A stretch of 64,000 nucleotides of DNA from Nitrososphaerota archaeon (GTDB lineage: Archaea; Thermoproteota; Nitrososphaeria; Nitrososphaerales; JACPRH01), in NCBI GenBank assembly GCA_016190055.1, contig JACPRH010000049.1:7820-71819 (forward strand), in the 5' to 3' direction. Of the stretch, positions 60,027 through 64,000 are shown piece after piece. A program made the translations under genes and the position numbers. The notes below the pieces were generated by a model that was not told the origin of the DNA, searched no databases, and was given only the letters and a program-made list of their open reading frames with translations. Each line of letters starts with the position of its first letter. Within the stretch, counting starts at the first letter, position 1.

Positions 60027-60275
60027 TTAGTTCTCTAGGTGGGCCAGCAATACAACTAGCTCGTTTTCAGTTTCCTCGACTCTCAAGAGAATCTTTATCT
60101 TTTTACCGCCAAGCTTCCTAGGTATCTCGATAGTGAACCTATTCCCATCATAGTAGTTCCGCCTCTCACGAGGAGCCCACCTAACCACAGACATTATCCA
60201 GTATTGGTCAACGATATTCGACTTCTCCTCTAGCCATTCATAGACTTTTGGAGTAAGTCTTACCTGCTTATCCAA
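60027..60275 (-). CDS. Small hypothetical protein
   Basis: 82 aa, divergent from the wHTH gene. Confidence 0.5.
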   Translation of the reverse strand: MDKQVRLTPKVYEWLEEKSNIVDQYWIMSVVRWAPRERRNYYDGNRFTIEIPRKLGGKKIKILLRVEETENELVVLLAHLEN

Positions 60276-60393
60276 ACTGCATACGGCTACCGATATCCTA
60301 CAACGCTATTTATATGAAAGTCTTCGCTGGTCAACGATATGGAATATTCTAAATCCTTAAATACACACCCATCCCTATGATTAACAGAGAAAA

Positions 60394-61023
60394 ATGAGCC
60401 CAGCATCCACCACTCACTCACAGGAGAGGATAAGAGCGGCAACCGCTGCACGCCTACAAATGGGTCTAAATACCGACTCCGTAATACTCAACAAAATTAA
60501 GGAAAACCCAGGGATATCAACCTACCACATTGCAAAGATTCTTCACTTTAGCATCGGTCGAGTAGATGGAAGCATAAGCAGGTTACAGGAACGCAAGGAG
60601 ATCAATCTCCAATACGTCCTACGTGAGGGCAGGATGATAAAGGAGATTTACCCTAAAGGCTTCACTCAGCAGGAAGCTGAGGTGGTTAGGTTTGACAAAG
60701 AACTGCTCGAATCTCCAGATAAGTGGAAGAAAAAGGCCTATATCTACGCCTTGGATAGAATTACACTCGGTATTGCTCCAACCAAATCAGACGAGTGGGA
60801 GATGAAAGCGTTGGCCAAAGAAGATGTCGAAGTACAGGAGAGCAAAGACCAACTTCTCATCAGGATTCCTCCAAGGCTCGCTGACTTCTACATATGGAAG
60901 AACAGCACATCAGACCTCGCGATAATTGGGGACCTTGCCTTACTCACTCTGAAGACCAGTATTCCAATACATACTCCGGCTAAAGATGAAAGAGCAGAGC
61001 TGGAGACTCTTACAACATCATAA
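60394..61023 (+). CDS. Winged-HTH protein
   Basis: ILNKIKENPGISTYHIAKILHFSIGRVDGSISRL. Confidence 0.7.
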   Translation: MSPASTTHSQERIRAATAARLQMGLNTDSVILNKIKENPGISTYHIAKILHFSIGRVDGSISRLQERKEINLQYVLREGRMIKEIYPKGFTQQEAEVVRFDKELLESPDKWKKKAYIYALDRITLGIAPTKSDEWEMKALAKEDVEVQESKDQLLIRIPPRLADFYIWKNSTSDLAIIGDLALLTLKTSIPIHTPAKDERAELETLTTS

Positions 61024-61382
61024 GTCAACTACCCACAATGTATGTTACCCTACCTCTAACACCGTAGTCCAGACACCAGATTAACATAGAAACGAAGCCT
61101 GTTGTTGTTATCACCCAAAACAAGCAGTAGACATCAAAGGCAACCTATCAAGATCCGCTTCAAAAACTCCAGACAGAATTGTGAAAAGAAGACATCATCA
61201 ATCAAATGGGGAAGCATCGAATCTTGGTTTAACAGATCTTTGAAATGGCCCCTTAGGATAAGGGCTCGCCGCCTGTGCTTGCGAATACCGGGGGACGCAT
61301 CATCCCCGATGCAGAAAGAAGCACTTAAACCCTACCGCATCGAGCTATGTGCAGAAGTTAAACGAATTCAGGTTGGGAGGAA

Positions 61383-61928
61383 ATGGGGGAAAAAATTTTC
61401 GAGACGGATACTTCGAATATCAAGGTGCTGTCGAAGAGGAAGGAGGATGAAAACTGGGAGTTTCGTTCATTCCTCAAGGGATGTGACATTCCATCTGAAG
61501 AGATCGACAGAATCGTGCATAAACTGTATAAAGAGATATCTTCAGAGATAGATTGTACAATTTGCGGTAATTGTTGCAGAGAGGTTCAGCCTCTTCTGGA
61601 CGAGGAGGATGTTGAAAGGTTGTCTGCGGGTTCAGGTATATCCATAGCCCAATTCAAAAAGCAATATCTGGTCGAGGACAGAGAGTCTAATAAACATGTT
61701 TTTAGGGAGAAACCATGCCCATTCTTGAGAGATAACTCATGCCTATATTACGGGTATCGTCCGAAGGACTGCGCCTCTTATCCGCATCTTCACAAAGATG
61801 GGTTCATCTTCAGGTTGATAGATGTGATAGATAATTGTTCGGTCTGCCCAATAGCATTCAACGTTTACGAACAGCTTAAAGGGCTGGTTTGGCCGGAAAG
61901 AATGTTCACACCGTTGAGGAATAGGTGA
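61383..61928 (+). CDS. YkgJ-family cysteine-cluster protein
   Basis: DCTICGNCC...PCPFL...CLYYGYRPKDCASYP. Confidence 0.85.
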   Translation: MGEKIFETDTSNIKVLSKRKEDENWEFRSFLKGCDIPSEEIDRIVHKLYKEISSEIDCTICGNCCREVQPLLDEEDVERLSAGSGISIAQFKKQYLVEDRESNKHVFREKPCPFLRDNSCLYYGYRPKDCASYPHLHKDGFIFRLIDVIDNCSVCPIAFNVYEQLKGLVWPERMFTPLRNR

Positions 61929-61935
61929 GACAGTC

Positions 61936-62532
61936 GTGAAGATTCTGAGCCATAGGCAGCAGCTCCTTGCGGACCACAGTTCGACGAGCTACATGTTTTA
62001 CTCGCCTAAACCGCTGAATAAAGAGGCTCGGGCGATAGTGAGTAAAATGAGCAGCCACGTAGACGTTAGCGCTCACACGGCTGAGATCACTTACCATGGC
62101 GATTCAGCTGATCTAGGAGAGGCGCGACGGGAAAAGTTTCTGGAGCACTATGAAGTAGAGGTTCGCGAGAGTTACGATTGGTGGGACATCAGCATCATGC
62201 TGGAGGAAGCGAGACTACCCGATGTTGAAGCTGTGACGCAAAATGAGGAGACAGATAGTGAAGCAACGCTGACCTTTGATAGGATAGGAGATCGGCTCCG
62301 CTTGCGGTTAGAGGGTTGCCATTTAGACTACGACGCGTGCCATAGTGAATTCGGAGAGGACCTAATGAGGATGCTCGCAGAGTTTGCCATAGACATTCGC
62401 GACGAACTCTATGCCGGTAAGATAGATGCGTTGAAGGTAATGATAACTTACTGCCGAGAAAACAAGGTTCTCAAGAGCCGAGGGCTGTCACCAGCAGCAA
62501 AAACACTATCCACCATTTTAGAGTCGATTTGA
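61936..62532 (+). CDS. Hypothetical acidic protein
   Basis: 198 aa, same strand and close to both neighbours. Confidence 0.6.
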   Translation: MKILSHRQQLLADHSSTSYMFYSPKPLNKEARAIVSKMSSHVDVSAHTAEITYHGDSADLGEARREKFLEHYEVEVRESYDWWDISIMLEEARLPDVEAVTQNEETDSEATLTFDRIGDRLRLRLEGCHLDYDACHSEFGEDLMRMLAEFAIDIRDELYAGKIDALKVMITYCRENKVLKSRGLSPAAKTLSTILESI

Positions 62533-62549
62533 GAGGAAGGAACTGATGG

Positions 62550-63995
62550 ATGCCCCGACAGTCCGAGAGCATCTATGAACGAAACGTAAGTGTGCGGCTG
62601 AGGCGAACATCTTACGGAGGTGCAGCGTTTCTGCCGGAGAGTGCAGCGACAGTTGAGTTGGATGAAGAAGCGTTTACGTTGCTGTGCTGGCTGGCCCTTC
62701 CGATGACAGCGCGGCAATTGCGGCAGCGCTTTATCAAGCGGTTCACCAACAATGTCACCTTAGCCGAGGTGGATCGCGTTGTCAGTCGGCTAAAAGCGTT
62801 CGGCTTCGTGAGCCTAGCTCAGGGTGGAGTGATTCACCAACGTGTCACCAACTTGTCAGGAGAATACCCTGAACTAGCAGTAGGAGCCTTCGACGGAAAA
62901 GGTTTTCAAGAATCTACTTACGGGCGTGAGACTGCTCACATTGCGGCTTCGCCGTCGTCTTTCGCTCGCCACTCGTTGCTCTCTTCATCTTATTTGGAAC
63001 CCAAGGTTGTTCCCTTCGCGCCTGAGAGCGTCCATCTTCAGCTCAACAATGTCTGCAACCTGCACTGTCCATCTTGCTATGTTAACTTGCAGAGGGGAGA
63101 CGATGGCTCGCTACCTGTGGAGCGATGGATGACACTTGTGGACGAAATTGCGGATATGGGCGTCTCCCAGTTGGCGTTAGGCGGAGGTGAGCCGCTTATG
63201 TCACATCACTTCGTGGCCATTGTTCAGCAATCCCGACGAAGAGGGCTTCTCCCTAACGTCACGACCAACGGCCATCTGCTGACGGAGCGATTAGTGACTC
63301 GGATACGCGGCTTGATTGGTGAGGTACGTCTGTCATTCAACGACGGTCTATCTGTTAACTGGCGCCTACTAACAGAGAAGACTGCTTTGCTTAAGGCTTG
63401 GGGTATGCGGTTCGGCTACAACGTGATCGTCACCCGCCGCAACATCGGACAGCTTGAGGAGATTTTGCATGAACTCATTGCGCTTCATCCGTATTCCATC
63501 ACGCTGATTCGCCCCAAGCCAGCACCACACAACGAGCAATGGTATGCAGCCAACACCCTATCTGCACAGGACTCGATGCTCCTAGCTGAGCAACTGCGCC
63601 GTCTGAAGCCTTTGTTTGCAGATACACTGCTGACGGTGGACTGCGCCTTTTCCTACCTGCTCTGTAACCTGTCCGATGCAGAGCTTGCACTGCGCGGCGT
63701 GGCGGGATGTGCCATGAGGGAAAGGTTTGTGGTCGTGGCGTGGAACGGAGATGTTTACCCATGCTCACACCTGCACGGAAAAGAGTTCAAGATGGGTAAT
63801 GTCATGGAACAACAGTTCCGGACTATCTGGGAAACAAGCTCCGTCTTTACACACACTCACGCGGAACTCCGGCGCATAGAAGGGCACTGCGGGCGCTGCA
63901 TCAAGCGACGGTTCTGTGGAGGTTGCCGCGCCATCATGTGGCACACCACGAGCAACCTGCGGGCAGCAGATGCAGGTTGCCCTTTCAGGCCATAA
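62550..63995 (+). CDS. Radical SAM/SPASM protein with a PqqD/RRE-like N-terminus
   Basis: CNLHCPSCY, GGGEP, TTNG, GDVYPC, CGRC...FCGGCRA...GCP; N-terminal ELDEEAFTLL...VSRLKAFGFV. Confidence 0.85.
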   Translation: MPRQSESIYERNVSVRLRRTSYGGAAFLPESAATVELDEEAFTLLCWLALPMTARQLRQRFIKRFTNNVTLAEVDRVVSRLKAFGFVSLAQGGVIHQRVTNLSGEYPELAVGAFDGKGFQESTYGRETAHIAASPSSFARHSLLSSSYLEPKVVPFAPESVHLQLNNVCNLHCPSCYVNLQRGDDGSLPVERWMTLVDEIADMGVSQLALGGGEPLMSHHFVAIVQQSRRRGLLPNVTTNGHLLTERLVTRIRGLIGEVRLSFNDGLSVNWRLLTEKTALLKAWGMRFGYNVIVTRRNIGQLEEILHELIALHPYSITLIRPKPAPHNEQWYAANTLSAQDSMLLAEQLRRLKPLFADTLLTVDCAFSYLLCNLSDAELALRGVAGCAMRERFVVVAWNGDVYPCSHLHGKEFKMGNVMEQQFRTIWETSSVFTHTHAELRRIEGHCGRCIKRRFCGGCRAIMWHTTSNLRAADAGCPFRP

Positions 63996-64000
63996 ATGCA

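Overview
Archaeal DNA, inferred from nep1, RNase P Rpp21, Cdc6/Orc1, TFB-like and Ced-like genes; probably a TACK-lineage archaeon, but taxonomy is not resolvable from this window. A tRNA-Gly gene (49219-49293, - strand) anchors a large accessory region on its left. Next to it is a ~37 kb integrative element (att copies at 12082 and 49219). The element carries a tyrosine integrase, a Ced-like DNA-transfer operon (cedA1/cedA/small membrane ORF/cedB-like), a split truncated TFB-like gene pair missing from the ORF track, a Cdc6/Orc1 homologue, a second integrase, a second HerA/VirB4-like ATPase and many defence-type genes (type II RM, HEPN-like, OLD, HNH, PD-(D/E)XK). Further left, three more 45-bp tRNA-3'-end-like sites with a TTGAAC-N8-GTTCAA inverted repeat (909, 1705, 5606) delimit integrase-less cassettes: a HicAB pair, a two-gene phospholipase D module and a complete class III PHA cluster. 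This resembles an integron-like cassette array at a tRNA. Right of the tRNA are nep1, rpp21, a DtxR-feoB iron-uptake operon with DtxR boxes, a vapBC pair, a secreted heme-c/Ig-like/His-rich protein and a radical SAM/SPASM gene. All family assignments come from motif recognition by eye; no searches were run.
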